Shown one piece after another: positions 38,338 through 49,070 of a DNA stretch of 64,000 nucleotides. The stretch is from Candidatus Thorarchaeota archaeon (GTDB lineage Archaea; Asgardarchaeota; Thorarchaeia; Thorarchaeales; Thorarchaeaceae), in assembly GCA_003345545.1 (NCBI GenBank), contig PRDH01000081.1:56483-120482 (forward strand), in the 5' to 3' direction. A program made the position numbers and the translations under genes. Below the pieces are notes generated by a model that was not told where the DNA came from, ran no database searches, and saw only the letters and a program-made list of their open reading frames with translations. Position 1 is the stretch's first letter. Each line of letters opens with the position of its first letter.

Positions 38338-39225
38338 CTATAGTCCGCTGACCTTTGTCTGAATCAATTCCTTTAGTTTCTTCTTATCCAGTGCACGCTG
38401 AAATAGAGGTCTCTTGTCCACGTCATAGATGCCTGAGTTCTCTTCGAATGTGGCCCTGGGAAGACCTCTGTAGAGAACACCAAGTGGATACTTATCATGT
38501 TCGATGGCTTTCTCAAATGCGGCCAATCGATCGGTCGAATCATATGCACCATCCAAGTAGTATGTGTTGTTCTTGAACCACCGAAACGTGTTGATCTTGT
38601 TGTATGTGACACATGGTTGGAAAATGTCTACAAGCGAGAACCCTTTGTGCTGGATTGCTTTCTTCATTATCTCTTTTGTTTGCTCTGTGTCACCAATGAA
38701 GGCCCTTGCCACAAATGACGCATTCATTGCCACGCCTAGGGCAAGTGGATTGAAAGGTTCAGAGGTCACACCTTGCCTATCCGCAGTCTGCACAAGTGTT
38801 TCAAAGCCTCTCTGGCTAGTGGGAGATGCTTGGCCCTTAGTCAGACCGTACACCATGTTATTGTGCACAAAGACACTGATATCCGGGTTGCGAAGCATGG
38901 TATGCATCAAGTGATTGCCGCCTTCCCCATACATGCATCCATCACCACTCTCTGCAATGACTGTTAGCTCTGGATTAGCGGCTTTGATTGCCATTGCCGC
39001 TGGTAGGGCCCTTCCATGCAGTCCATTGAACACGTTTGTGCGTATGTAGTGCGGTGTCTTTGCAGCCTGACCTATGCCCGAAACTATGACAGTCTCTTGG
39101 GGCTTCAAATCGAGTTCCGCAAGTGCGAGCATCAATGCACTCCTGATTTGGTAGTTGCCGCAGCCTGGACACCAAGCTATGTCGTACTGAACATCGTTCA
39201 TTATTTCAAAATCATCCGGCTTCAA
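38338..39225 (-). CDS. korB: 2-oxoacid:ferredoxin oxidoreductase beta subunit
   Basis: [26 protein letters not shown]. Confidence 0.92.
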   Translation of the reverse strand: MKPDDFEIMNDVQYDIAWCPGCGNYQIRSALMLALAELDLKPQETVIVSGIGQAAKTPHYIRTNVFNGLHGRALPAAMAIKAANPELTVIAESGDGCMYGEGGNHLMHTMLRNPDISVFVHNNMVYGLTKGQASPTSQRGFETLVQTADRQGVTSEPFNPLALGVAMNASFVARAFIGDTEQTKEIMKKAIQHKGFSLVDIFQPCVTYNKINTFRWFKNNTYYLDGAYDSTDRLAAFEKAIEHDKYPLGVLYRGLPRATFEENSGIYDVDKRPLFQRALDKKKLKELIQTKVSGL

Positions 39226-40949
39226 TTCATGATCATCTCCTCTTTTGCTATACCCCTCAGAAAGTCCATCACCTCTTCGACAGCAAATGGAAGTCCATTG
39301 TACTTCAGGAGCATACTGTTTCTATCGATTCCAAATCCAGTTTCTCTCTGAATCAAACCAGCGAATTGAGCTGTTGCATTGTTTTCAACGATTGCAACTC
39401 TCTTTGCTGAACGAAGATACTCAAGTGAGGCTTCGTGCAATGGATAGACCTGGCAAAAGTGGAGCATGGCGATACTGTCCTGGCCAAGCTCAGATATTGC
39501 TTCTTTGACCACATGATAGTTGGATCCCCAAGCAATAACAAGGATACTTGGTTCCTTTGCTCCCACCAGCGTTGGAGGGACTGTATTCTCTTGCAACAGT
39601 GCGGCCTTTTTTCTCAGTCTCTTGTCCACCATCTTGGTTCGAAGGTGCAGGTCTTCTGTTATGTGCCCACTCTCATCATGTTCATCGCTGTCTACGACGA
39701 CGAGGCCCTCTCCATAGCCGGGAATTCCTCGGGGAGAGATACCCGTTTCCGTCAAGAGATACCTTCTGTAGTCACTCTTCGTCTTGACTACATGTTGCTC
39801 TATCTTTGTGTCTGCCAGTTTCAACATTGGAAGAGTTCCCAATGAGTCAAGTAGAAACTGGTCTGTTAGAACAAAGACTGGCACTTGATAGTGTGCGGCC
39901 ATGTTGAACGCTTTCTGAGTGAGAAAGAATGCCTCTTCGTATGTTCCCGGAGTGTAGATCACTCTGGGAAACTCGCCGTGAGATGCGCCAAGGACATGCT
40001 TGAGATCCTCTTGCGCAGTTCTTGTTGGCAATCCCGTCGCGGGACCTGGTCTCTGTCCAAGGAGTATCACCATCGGGCTCTCCAGCATGCCAGCGAGACT
40101 TAGCCCCTCAGTCATCAGGGCAAACCCTCCTCCTGAGGTCGTCACAATTGCACGTCCGCCAGCGAACCATGCTCCAAGACCTTTGTTCATTCCGGCTATC
40201 TCGTCTTCAGCTTGATCTACTAAAACACCGAAATCTCTCGCATGTTGGGCGAGAAATGTTAGAACACCGGTCGAGGGTGACATTGGGTAGGACGAAATGA
40301 AGTTGCAGCCGCCTGCTAGCGCACCCAGAGCCACGGATTCACTCCCACTCAAAAGAAGTTGTGAACGCACACCAGGATTGGGTTTTATGCGCATGGGCCC
40401 CAGAATGTCACTGATTCTCTGCCCAATTTGAAATCCTCTCGTATACGCATCAATATTCTTTTTGACGATTTCTTCCCCTTTTGAACCAAACCGCTCACTT
40501 AGGTACGCCTGAACAGTCGACTCTTTCACGTCGAAGTATGCTGCAACCAAGCCAGCTGCTATCGAGTTCAAGTAAATTGTGCCACCAACCTCCTTGGCAA
40601 TCTCTGAGAACGGCACAGCTATCACGTATCTCGAATCATGGTCAATAGCTCCAATGTTTTTCTCCTCACCAACGATGATTGTATCTTCGCTGATACGAGA
40701 GTGTCTATTCAGATGCTCGGAAGCGCCCTCGTCAAGGACAACCGCGATATTCGTTCTAAATGTATAGGCCCCTGTCCTGTCATCTGTTACCCTGAGCTGC
40801 GCGGAGTTGATGCCTCCTCTTATTCTGGACATGAATTCTCTCCATACAAAAACGTGTAGACCCGATTCCTTCAGGATTGCCGCCAGAAAATCTGCGACGG
40901 TATCGATTCCCTGCCCTGCTGCTCCTGAAATTGCTATTGAGTATTTCAT
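39222..40949 (-). CDS. korA: 2-oxoacid:ferredoxin oxidoreductase alpha subunit (gamma-alpha fusion)
   Basis: [33 protein letters not shown]. Confidence 0.92.
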   Translation of the reverse strand: MKYSIAISGAAGQGIDTVADFLAAILKESGLHVFVWREFMSRIRGGINSAQLRVTDDRTGAYTFRTNIAVVLDEGASEHLNRHSRISEDTIIVGEEKNIGAIDHDSRYVIAVPFSEIAKEVGGTIYLNSIAAGLVAAYFDVKESTVQAYLSERFGSKGEEIVKKNIDAYTRGFQIGQRISDILGPMRIKPNPGVRSQLLLSGSESVALGALAGGCNFISSYPMSPSTGVLTFLAQHARDFGVLVDQAEDEIAGMNKGLGAWFAGGRAIVTTSGGGFALMTEGLSLAGMLESPMVILLGQRPGPATGLPTRTAQEDLKHVLGASHGEFPRVIYTPGTYEEAFFLTQKAFNMAAHYQVPVFVLTDQFLLDSLGTLPMLKLADTKIEQHVVKTKSDYRRYLLTETGISPRGIPGYGEGLVVVDSDEHDESGHITEDLHLRTKMVDKRLRKKAALLQENTVPPTLVGAKEPSILVIAWGSNYHVVKEAISELGQDSIAMLHFCQVYPLHEASLEYLRSAKRVAIVENNATAQFAGLIQRETGFGIDRNSMLLKYNGLPFAVEEVMDFLRGIAKEEMIMN

Positions 40950-41080
40950 AGTTGCCAGTCTCCTAAGAGAATCCGATTATCAGTGAATCACGAATTCTGC
41001 AACTTGTACTCCACTAGACTTGCTTCTCCAACTATACATATCCACTATTTGGCTTATTCTTTGGGTGCCATCTGCTGTCT

Positions 41081-42370
41081 TCAATCCACTGCTGAGCCGC
41101 GTTGAACTCTCTTCTTCATTGGGTCTTCAGCTCTTAGAAGTGAGAGACCTGCCATCCCTAGGATAAGGGAAGCTGCTGCGAAAGGCAGTACGCCGATGAG
41201 CCCTGCATGGGTTGCCCCAGCCACGGGTATTGCTGTTCTGTCTGCTATGTAGCCAAGGAGCAGTGGCCCAGCAATGAACCCCATGTCGCTTATCATTCGG
41301 TAGAGTCCCATCGAGACTTCGAGCTTGTCTTGTGGTGACACATCTGTTACGTATGCAGCAATCGGCCCAGATAGTCCTACGATTGCGCCATAGATTGCCA
41401 TGGAGATCAATAGCTCGAACAGATTACTAGAGAAGGGAATCCACACTGTGATGACTGCTGTGAGAAACAGACACAGTACCAGAGGATTTCTTCTTCCTAT
41501 TCGATCAGAGAGCTTTCCCATCGGAACCATAGTGGCCGCAGTCGCCACCCCCGCCACTGTAAGAATCCCTCCTATGTGACTTGCATCCAATCCTAGGTTA
41601 TTTGCAGAGAATAGGGGAACAAGGGTACTTCTCACTCCAGTTCGGATGAAGAACAGAGCAAAGGTTGCAAACGTTGCGAGGAGGAATGAGGGATGGGTCA
41701 GTACTTGCCACATGTCTCCGAGGGTCGACCGGTTTTCGTCATACTCAGAAACACGCGCAGAGGTCTCGATTTTGGGCAAGGTGAGAGTAGGAATCACACC
41801 CAGACCTGCCACTGCAGCATAGGCAAAGAATGGAGAACGCAATCCGGATACTGAAGCTATGACGCCTCCAAAGGTGGGACCGAAAATGCTTCCCAGTAAC
41901 AGCATGCCTGAATAGAGGCTCATCCACTGCCCCCGTTTTTCTTTTCCTGATATCTGTGCGAGGAAGACAGTGGCTGCTGTGACGTAGCATGCAGAACCGG
42001 CTCCCTCAATCATCCTTGCTACTACCAGAGTAATGTAGTCTGGTGCAAGGCCTGCCATTATGGACGAGGCATAGAGTAGGGCTAAGCCAAATATCATGAT
42101 GTTTTTCTTGTCATGTCTTCTTGAGAGGAGCCCTGCAGGGATATCCAATATCATCCTTGCGACAGCGAAGGAGGATATCACAAAGCCAACGAGAGTGTAC
42201 GAAACTTGGAAGCTCTCTGCATAGCTAGGGAGAATGGGCGAAACCATGTTCAATCCCAGTAATACCAAGAAGGTCACTATGGAGAGGTTGAGAACTGTGA
42301 TCAACTGCGAGTTTCTTGGAGTGTCTGATGCAGAGTTCTGATCAGAGCAGTCTTGGTCTTTGAAGTCCAC
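41081..42370 (-). CDS. MFS transporter
   Basis: GKLSDRIGRR; about 12 TM segments. Confidence 0.9.
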   Translation of the reverse strand: MDFKDQDCSDQNSASDTPRNSQLITVLNLSIVTFLVLLGLNMVSPILPSYAESFQVSYTLVGFVISSFAVARMILDIPAGLLSRRHDKKNIMIFGLALLYASSIMAGLAPDYITLVVARMIEGAGSACYVTAATVFLAQISGKEKRGQWMSLYSGMLLLGSIFGPTFGGVIASVSGLRSPFFAYAAVAGLGVIPTLTLPKIETSARVSEYDENRSTLGDMWQVLTHPSFLLATFATFALFFIRTGVRSTLVPLFSANNLGLDASHIGGILTVAGVATAATMVPMGKLSDRIGRRNPLVLCLFLTAVITVWIPFSSNLFELLISMAIYGAIVGLSGPIAAYVTDVSPQDKLEVSMGLYRMISDMGFIAGPLLLGYIADRTAIPVAGATHAGLIGVLPFAAASLILGMAGLSLLRAEDPMKKRVQRGSAVD

Positions 42371-42517
42371 AGTCTTATCCTTCTTACTGCCGCTACGTCT
42401 AGTTGTCTGGTTAAAGTGTTTTGATGTTGTACCAAGTTCATTCTGCTAGTCGATTCGAAACAATTGTAGTGATATTGATGCCATGAACATGTTTCTCTAA
42501 GATGTTATGAGATGACT

Positions 42518-42853
42518 CTACTCTGTTCTATAGCGGTCCGGCTCTAAGAAGAAATCCACCACTCGGACAAACGTCTTGAATTCTGCTTGGTGAACTACTC
42601 CAGCTGGAATATGATACGAATCTCTTCCTCTGTATGTTCGAGTGTCATCTCCTATTGTGAGGGCCATCTCACCTTCGAACACATATCCGAACTGCTCACC
42701 GTGACTATGCGGAGCGACCTGCACTCCTGATTCTATCTCAAAGAATACCATCTGGAACTCTCTTCCTTGAGCGACCCAAGCCTGCACTCCTGAGAGGGGG
42801 ACTCTAGCTCTTGCGAGAGCCTTGATACAATCTGGATACCTCTTAGTGTTCAT
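42518..42853 (-). CDS. Cupin domain protein
   Basis: PHSHGEQFGYVFEG...IPAGVVH; likely start at 42853. Confidence 0.85.
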   Translation of the reverse strand: MNTKRYPDCIKALARARVPLSGVQAWVAQGREFQMVFFEIESGVQVAPHSHGEQFGYVFEGEMALTIGDDTRTYRGRDSYHIPAGVVHQAEFKTFVRVVDFFLEPDRYRTE

Positions 42854-43025
42854 TTCAATCAGTCTACTGCAGGACTGCCTAGCTAGAATTTTAGCATTAT
42901 GCAAAACAAAGAAACACGAAGTATTCCCTGCAGATCTATCACAAGAAAAGAAAGGTGACCGATGAGTCACTCCAGCCAACTGGAGCTTCATACAAAGCCG
43001 ACTCACCAGTCCCTAGTTGTCCACA

Positions 43026-43127
43026 CTATACAGTGGGCTTCTCTTCACTAGGCTTAGGCTGTACTTCTTTATGCGCCGCCTTTGCTCCCTTCTTCGGCTT
43101 TCTAGTCATTGGTTTCTTGCTTCCCAT
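43026..43127 (-). CDS. Putative 33-aa Lys-rich micropeptide
   Basis: MGSKKPMTRKPKKGAKAAHKEVQPKPSEEKPTV; GGAGGTGA SD. Confidence 0.55.
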   Translation of the reverse strand: MGSKKPMTRKPKKGAKAAHKEVQPKPSEEKPTV

Positions 43128-43223
43128 TGTGTCACCTCCATGCATTAGTACACTTTGTTGATGTTGCTCAGGTGACTAGTACAGACCGATGATTGGTCTG
43201 TGACGAAACGATGCAGAATGGAA

Positions 43224-43307
43224 CTAAAAATCATCATCGTCCCAATCATCATCGTCGTCCCAGTCTTCGTCATCGTCGTCCCAGGTATCTTCATCGTCGA
43301 AGACCAT
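43224..43307 (-). CDS. Putative 27-aa hyperacidic Asp/Trp micropeptide
   Basis: MVFDDEDTWDDDDEDWDDDDDWDDDDF; GAGGTGA SD; mixed GAC/GAT codons. Confidence 0.6.
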   Translation of the reverse strand: MVFDDEDTWDDDDEDWDDDDDWDDDDF

Positions 43308-43560
43308 TTCTTCACCTCTTGACATGGTTATGAACAACATGTGTAAAATATGTCTCATTCGTGTATCCCACTTTATAACCCCCTATTCATCAAAAGCAAT
43401 GTTATGAACCCATTAGAAATCAATGCGCGACCAATCAACTTCATTTACATGAACCAAGATGATTAGGTTGCCACAATAAAGATTTTAACGACTATGCCTA
43501 TCCTACTCATGTGTCACTCTGGTTTTTGTACACGTTATAGGTCAAGAATCGGATTCCAAT

Positions 43561-44421
43561 ATGGATGGTTCAGCAGTCGTGAACGAGGTAAACACTGAGA
43601 GCATCAATCTTGAACGGCAGGATCTGAAGGGCACATCACAGCTGATTGTACTTCTTGGGTCGAAAGAAGGAATCAAAGGAGTCTCAAAAAGACTCAGACA
43701 GTACAACGATTTTGTGAGGGTCGGAAAGGGTTTGCTCATTGCAGGATCTAATACGGGGCTGTACACAGATATTCTTCAGTCTATACCTAGGCTCTCTTTT
43801 ATCCGGACCCGCGAGATTCCAAGAAGAAAGGATCGTTTCGATGATCCTCATGCCTTTCGAGCATATTCGATAGTGACTTACAATTTCAATAGTCCCACGG
43901 CGAAACAGAAAAAGCGTGTTGAGCGCCTCATAAGAAGGTCAGCAGCAATTCGACTTAGACCTGGGGTTCTCCTCTTCCCCGTGCTTCGTTCCAAAGAGCG
44001 CAGAAGAGTGCTTGCTGAGGAAAAAGAGCATTCATTGCTAGACTCGAAAGAATTCAATCATCAACTCGAATTGATGGGTGCAAGTTCCACGCGGTGGTCG
44101 CGGCTTAAGTTGGTAGATCCACTGGATGCAGCACAAATCAAGGAGGCAATTGAGAGAACTATCACTAGGGATTTGTTTTCCATTGAATCCAGGCTTCAAA
44201 ATCTTCGTGAGTTGACCAAGAATCCACAGGTTTCTACAGATAGTCTCAGGAAGAAGTCAGCAGCTGCATTACGACGTTACCACATTCTCAAATTCAAGTG
44301 GATCCTTGCAAAGACTCTCTGGTACTATGATGCCGAGAAAGCCTTGAAACGCGTATACAATCTAGGACTTAATACCAAATACCTGATTGATGAGCGAAGT
44401 TGGGCATTGGATTCAGGATAG
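43561..44421 (+). CDS. Hypothetical protein with ChrB-N/PaaX-like segment
   Basis: YSIVTYNFNSPT...RVERLIRRSAAIRLRPGVLLFP. Confidence 0.65.
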   Translation: MDGSAVVNEVNTESINLERQDLKGTSQLIVLLGSKEGIKGVSKRLRQYNDFVRVGKGLLIAGSNTGLYTDILQSIPRLSFIRTREIPRRKDRFDDPHAFRAYSIVTYNFNSPTAKQKKRVERLIRRSAAIRLRPGVLLFPVLRSKERRRVLAEEKEHSLLDSKEFNHQLELMGASSTRWSRLKLVDPLDAAQIKEAIERTITRDLFSIESRLQNLRELTKNPQVSTDSLRKKSAAALRRYHILKFKWILAKTLWYYDAEKALKRVYNLGLNTKYLIDERSWALDSG

Positions 44422-44541
44422 TTCTCTTGAATCATTGTGGAAGTTCCCTATCCTCTCAGTCAGTTTCGTAAGAGAGCTGCTCACAGGTAAGGTGATGGTG
44501 AAACGGCTCTGACATGGTCACAGACTTGGCTGTATCACGTG

Positions 44542-44717
44542 CCGTTCATTGTTAGTTGGACAATCTTGGAGACTGGGGTGTTGTCCGCCCAGAAACGGCA
44601 CTGGGCTTGACTCCATGAGGCCAGATTCCGTGTCGAGTCAGCCTCAGCATCCTGTTTCTGACCTCACCATATGAACACCTGTCCGACTCTGTCCAAGTTT
44701 TCTGCAGCTGTCACATA
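44542..44717 (-). mobile_element. Non-autonomous structured insertion element, copy 2 (176 bp)
   Basis: Homologous to 22542-22718; lies 3' of CAGGG at the end of an MFS gene; removal restores ...HSQGT-stop. Confidence 0.85.
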
Positions 44718-46282
44718 CCCTGTGAATGGTCCTTGTCTTCCAGATGTTCAGAGGTCTGCTTCAGTTCTGGGTCTGTCTTCTTCTGTATCAGGTTTCTCTT
44801 CTTTCGTCTTTTTCTCATGGAATCTGAGTCTTCGGACACTGGAATGTGAAACGTGTGCCGTAACCCATCAACAGTCGATAGTGTCCTCACATTTCTTCTC
44901 GTTTCTTCCATGATGGCATCTATTACAATGTGCTCATCCACCTCGCCTGTTTCCTTGACCCTTGACAAACGATACAATGAGTAGAATCCAATGATGGCAG
45001 AAATGATGAAGACGAAATCAAGTCCTGTGATATCATATGCTGGGAAGTTGCTGAAGATTCCCCCTGGAAACTCAAATGTGAGATCAAGTCTGAATCCGTA
45101 CTCTGTGAAGACGTCTGCAGCTGCTCCACCAATCAGCGGAGCTGCGGTTCCGGCCACAGCCATGACACTTCCCCTCGATGCTAGATATGATGTGGCCTCA
45201 CCCCTAGGTGCAAGTTTCAGTCCAATATTACTCGTCGCGAGATTGACGCCCGCAGATGAAAAACCAGAAACGACATGTATTAGAATTAGGAGTGGAATCT
45301 TCAGAGAATAGAAGTCCGCCACTGCTGTGAAGGTCCACATCACTGTGCTGATGATGAAGAGAGGGGATGATACCTGAAGGATAGATTTGTTGCTGAATCT
45401 ATCTGAGAGTCGCCCCCAGAATCTGAAGAATGCAATGCTAACAAGCTGGGTAACAGCGACAAGTATCGTGATTGCGGGCAGGTCCAGTCCAGCGCGATTG
45501 AGTAGATAGACTGTGAAGAATGGAGAAGCGAGGGCGGTACTGAATGTCCATACGACTGAGAACCATATTAGCTGCCTGAAGTTGTCATCTTTGAATGGTT
45601 CTTCTACAATCTGTGAGAACTTCACTGCCCGATCCGGAACAATCAGTTTGGGTTCCGGCGTGGTGGACGTGAAGTAGACTGCAATCATGCCAAATACAAA
45701 GGCAACAAAGAACAGAATCGAGTATCCTATGCTTGGGTCCTGGCTATATGCTTCAGTCCACAGTCCAATGAACTGACCACCAAGTAGAGCCACAATAATC
45801 GCGACCACTCCTGTCGCTGCCATCCTTACTGAAAAGAATCTGCCCAAGCGATCGATTGGCACGAGGTCTCTTAGCCAAGAGTTCCAGCTCGGAGATCCTA
45901 TGGCGTTGAAGATGGCTTGAATTGCCACGAAGACAACCAAGAGAACAAGACGGACATCAGAAACTGAGAGAAAGGGAATCAACGCCATTCCCAAGATTGC
46001 CATTCTGTTCCCCAGCTGAGTAACAACATTGACAATCTTTCTCTTGCCTGCTCTATGAATTATGTAGACCGAAGGAATCTGAAGGAGCTGGGCTAAGAAC
46101 GGAATAGCCGCCAGTATGCCAATCAATGTGTTCGGCGCGTTCAATACGACAACAGCAAATCCAACAAGAAAGACGCTCTCAGTAAGCGTCATCCTGACCT
46201 GTGATGTTATACCCTGCCATGTCATCTTTCGCAGGCCCAGTTCTCTCTGGTCCTGTGTCAATGAATCATCGTCAGAGCTCAT
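44711..46282 (-). CDS. MFS transporter
   Basis: WGRLSDRFSNK; about 12 TM segments; current stop codon lies inside the inserted element. Confidence 0.88.
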   Translation of the reverse strand: MSSDDDSLTQDQRELGLRKMTWQGITSQVRMTLTESVFLVGFAVVVLNAPNTLIGILAAIPFLAQLLQIPSVYIIHRAGKRKIVNVVTQLGNRMAILGMALIPFLSVSDVRLVLLVVFVAIQAIFNAIGSPSWNSWLRDLVPIDRLGRFFSVRMAATGVVAIIVALLGGQFIGLWTEAYSQDPSIGYSILFFVAFVFGMIAVYFTSTTPEPKLIVPDRAVKFSQIVEEPFKDDNFRQLIWFSVVWTFSTALASPFFTVYLLNRAGLDLPAITILVAVTQLVSIAFFRFWGRLSDRFSNKSILQVSSPLFIISTVMWTFTAVADFYSLKIPLLILIHVVSGFSSAGVNLATSNIGLKLAPRGEATSYLASRGSVMAVAGTAAPLIGGAAADVFTEYGFRLDLTFEFPGGIFSNFPAYDITGLDFVFIISAIIGFYSLYRLSRVKETGEVDEHIVIDAIMEETRRNVRTLSTVDGLRHTFHIPVSEDSDSMRKRRKKRNLIQKKTDPELKQTSEHLEDKDHSQGM

Positions 46283-46362
46283 CCAGTACTCACCTAGTTG
46301 GAACCCGGCCTGCGATTATTGCCAGATAAAGACGTCTCAATAGACTCAACCTAGACTATCGG

Positions 46363-46827
46363 CTAGAGTGCTTCCTCCTCTAAATTTCCTTCGGAATCAT
46401 GCGGGAGAAGATTGTCCAAGATTCTATGTAGGAACGTTTCGAACTCATCAATCTCCTCATCAGTGAATCCATTGTAGAACAGCTTTGTCATCTCGACAGA
46501 GAGATTGATGTATACCTTCTGAAGCTTTTGTGTCCTCTCTGTCAATCTAATCAGCATTTTCCTTCGATCTTCTTCTGATTGTTCTCTGCGGACAAATCCT
46601 GCCTTCTCAAGATTGTCCAGTAGTTCACTCAGCGTAGATTTCCTTAGGAGCGTCCTCTCAACCAAATCGTTGATTGGGACGCCATCCTTCTGCCAGAGCG
46701 CGAATAGGATTCTGCCCTGCCCTGGCCCTATCTCTATTTCCTGCTTCCTTAGAAGTTCTGTGAACACTCTTCTTCCTAGGTGGTGAATCTGTGTGATAAG
46801 AAAACCACCTGCTCGCTGCGACATCAC
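46363..46827 (-). CDS. MarR family regulator
   Basis: QGRILFALW, LEKAGFVRR...DRRK. Confidence 0.92.
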   Translation of the reverse strand: MMSQRAGGFLITQIHHLGRRVFTELLRKQEIEIGPGQGRILFALWQKDGVPINDLVERTLLRKSTLSELLDNLEKAGFVRREQSEEDRRKMLIRLTERTQKLQKVYINLSVEMTKLFYNGFTDEEIDEFETFLHRILDNLLPHDSEGNLEEEAL

Positions 46828-46833
46828 CTTGAA

Positions 46834-47298
46834 TCACCTGAGCTCAAGTCTGAACGTTTCTGTACCGCTCCATCCTTTCGCCATAGTTGGAAGTAAGCGG
46901 AGAACCGTGTGGTCTGGATCGTCATACCCCTGTGGGTAGTACTTGTTCCATTCCGGGTGCCAGATCGCTTTCTTGGTACGAGAATCATTGACAATCTCGA
47001 TGAGACCGCTGAACATCACTCCTCTCCACGTATCTGGATTGCAGTAGTACACTGACACTGCCTTGTTCGATTTGATGTCATCAATTTTCGTAGAGGATGT
47101 ATTGGTTGTGAATATCAGTGTGAAATCATCTTTCTGTTCCTCAAAGAGCTTCATTAGTCTTGGAAAGTGTTTCCTGTTCCTGAGATTGAACATGGCCCTC
47201 GTCTGTGGAAACCCCTTCTTGTCAACTGTTGTGACGTAGGCTGGCCAACCCGTTTCCAAGAGGTCGTGACACAGTTCTTTGATTGCTTTTTCATCCAT
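46834..47298 (-). CDS. Pyridoxamine 5'-phosphate oxidase-like FMN-binding protein
   Basis: TVDKKGFPQTRAM, FTTNTSSTK, YYPQGYDDPD. Confidence 0.85.
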   Translation of the reverse strand: MDEKAIKELCHDLLETGWPAYVTTVDKKGFPQTRAMFNLRNRKHFPRLMKLFEEQKDDFTLIFTTNTSSTKIDDIKSNKAVSVYYCNPDTWRGVMFSGLIEIVNDSRTKKAIWHPEWNKYYPQGYDDPDHTVLRLLPTMAKGWSGTETFRLELR

Positions 47299-47325
47299 GA
47301 TGAGTCAGCTCCGACACCACCCAAC

Positions 47326-47348
47326 TAGTTCGGAACCGAACTATATAT
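47326..47348 (-). promoter_or_regulatory. Inverted-repeat operator next to TATA, likely MarR site
   Basis: TAGTTCGG-AA-CCGAACTA abutting TATATA. Confidence 0.65.
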
Positions 47349-47427
47349 CTTTTGGTTTGGGCTTACACCCGTTACTCGGAGCTGCTGCACGTCATCCACG
47401 CCAACATATGTCCGCTCTGAATGGTGT

Positions 47428-47853
47428 CTACTTCGGTCTGTAACCAGATGTTGGCATGAAATCATCGAAAGACTTCTTTGCCCTTGCGCGCCTTGCTGCT
47501 TCCGGATCACTAGTCTTCTTCAATTCCTTCAGATTCACAATGACTACATTGCTTCCATTGATTTCAACTTTGATTACTTTCAACGCATCCAAGTTCTCTT
47601 TTTCTAGTAATACAATGAAATCCCTCTGCATTTCATCATCCGTCATGATTAGTCCAAAAGAGGACATCATCTGATCCATGAAGGTCCAAAGTTTGGCCAG
47701 TGCAATACCGACTTGAGAGCTGCTATGACCTATATCAATCAGCGTCTTGTTGATATCATCTGTGATCTTGTGGAACTTCTCAAGGTTCCATTTCTCTTCA
47801 GACCATCTCCTCACAACAATATCAAATGATTCTTGCATTTGAGCACCATCCAT
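47428..47853 (-). CDS. Hypothetical protein
   Basis: 141-aa ORF. Confidence 0.65.
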   Translation of the reverse strand: MDGAQMQESFDIVVRRWSEEKWNLEKFHKITDDINKTLIDIGHSSSQVGIALAKLWTFMDQMMSSFGLIMTDDEMQRDFIVLLEKENLDALKVIKVEINGSNVVIVNLKELKKTSDPEAARRARAKKSFDDFMPTSGYRPK

Positions 47854-47970
47854 TTGGGGTTACGCTCCTTCGTAAGAGTATTATGTCTAAACGAAAGACA
47901 GTTGAAAAAGAAGTCTTTCTGAAAAAAAAGAGAGAGGAAGCAGGAACACTGCTTCCAGGCTAGATTGCTT

Positions 47971-48939
47971 CTATCGTCTCTTGACAATCACTGCAACTAG
48001 GAGAAGAACTACAATAGCTCCGCCAATGATTGCAAGAGTCATTGGGTCCAGTACGATACCCGTGGATGTTGAGGACTCAACACCAAGAATGGGATCATAC
48101 TCGAGTGTACCATTGCCAAAGTTCTCGAAGGCTAGATAGATTGCTTCACCAGCTTCCAATCCAGTGCCTCCTCCGTAACTGGCCATGACCTGTAATGAGT
48201 TATTGGCTGCCAAGGCAGTTTCATTGTACTCAAAGTACCCATTCTCGAACTGGAACTTGGTACCTGTCTTGTGGAAGCCAGCAGGATCCTGATCTCCTTG
48301 GACTTCGCCATGATTGCTCTGAGTCACATTGAACTGAAGCACTAGAATGGAATCCTCATAGGTCCAATCCCATCCTCCTACAATGAGGTCGAACTTCATC
48401 TCACCTGGTGTGGACAAATAGAGATGGACTCTTACCTCAATTGTTACATTGAATGATGCAAGACTTGGCAGACTGCCGTAGTCCATTCCGACACCCTCAG
48501 GACGTGGATCAAACTCTGTGGCGGTTGTGAAATTGAAGTGAACAGCTGTGGCGTTTCCAGCCTCCTCTTCAACTACAAAACCACTGAACTCCCATCCGAT
48601 AGTTGGCAGGGCTAGTGGAGCACCAATCATTGTGTCTGTACCATTAGTGTAGACACCATCTGCGTTTGTATCGTTAGCCTCAAACATCTTCACGAACATG
48701 ACATGATAGTCAACTGTCGGATTATTGGGATCCCACCAGTGAAAGTGTGGAGCTTGGTTGTTGCCTGTTACTTTGATAGAGATATCATCAGTTGTCAGAG
48801 TCACAATACCTGCTGAATATTGATACTCTATGCTGTTGCCCTGAGCAGCTGCTAGGGGTACACCAATACCCACAACCAGAACTGCAAGGGCCGCAAGGAT
48901 AGTTTTCTTGTAAGTGTTCATTAGATCACCAAGAAACAC
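47971..48939 (-). CDS. Secreted, C-terminally anchored surface protein
   Basis: Signal peptide, several N-x-S/T sequons, terminal TM plus KRR. Confidence 0.8.
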   Translation of the reverse strand: MFLGDLMNTYKKTILAALAVLVVGIGVPLAAAQGNSIEYQYSAGIVTLTTDDISIKVTGNNQAPHFHWWDPNNPTVDYHVMFVKMFEANDTNADGVYTNGTDTMIGAPLALPTIGWEFSGFVVEEEAGNATAVHFNFTTATEFDPRPEGVGMDYGSLPSLASFNVTIEVRVHLYLSTPGEMKFDLIVGGWDWTYEDSILVLQFNVTQSNHGEVQGDQDPAGFHKTGTKFQFENGYFEYNETALAANNSLQVMASYGGGTGLEAGEAIYLAFENFGNGTLEYDPILGVESSTSTGIVLDPMTLAIIGGAIVVLLLVAVIVKRR

Positions 48940-49070
48940 TGCGAATTTAGTATATATAGCCAGTATTAACTAGAAACAGGTTTCTGGATATTGATTAGGC
49001 ATAAGAATGCCACAAATGCACATAGAAGTTTTATGAATGCTTCTAAAGATGCATAAAGCCTTCATCATAC

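Noticed and set aside
43561-44421. Cas2-like protein
   Set aside because: Only a short ChrB-N/PaaX-like segment within a 286-aa protein, with no CRISPR context.
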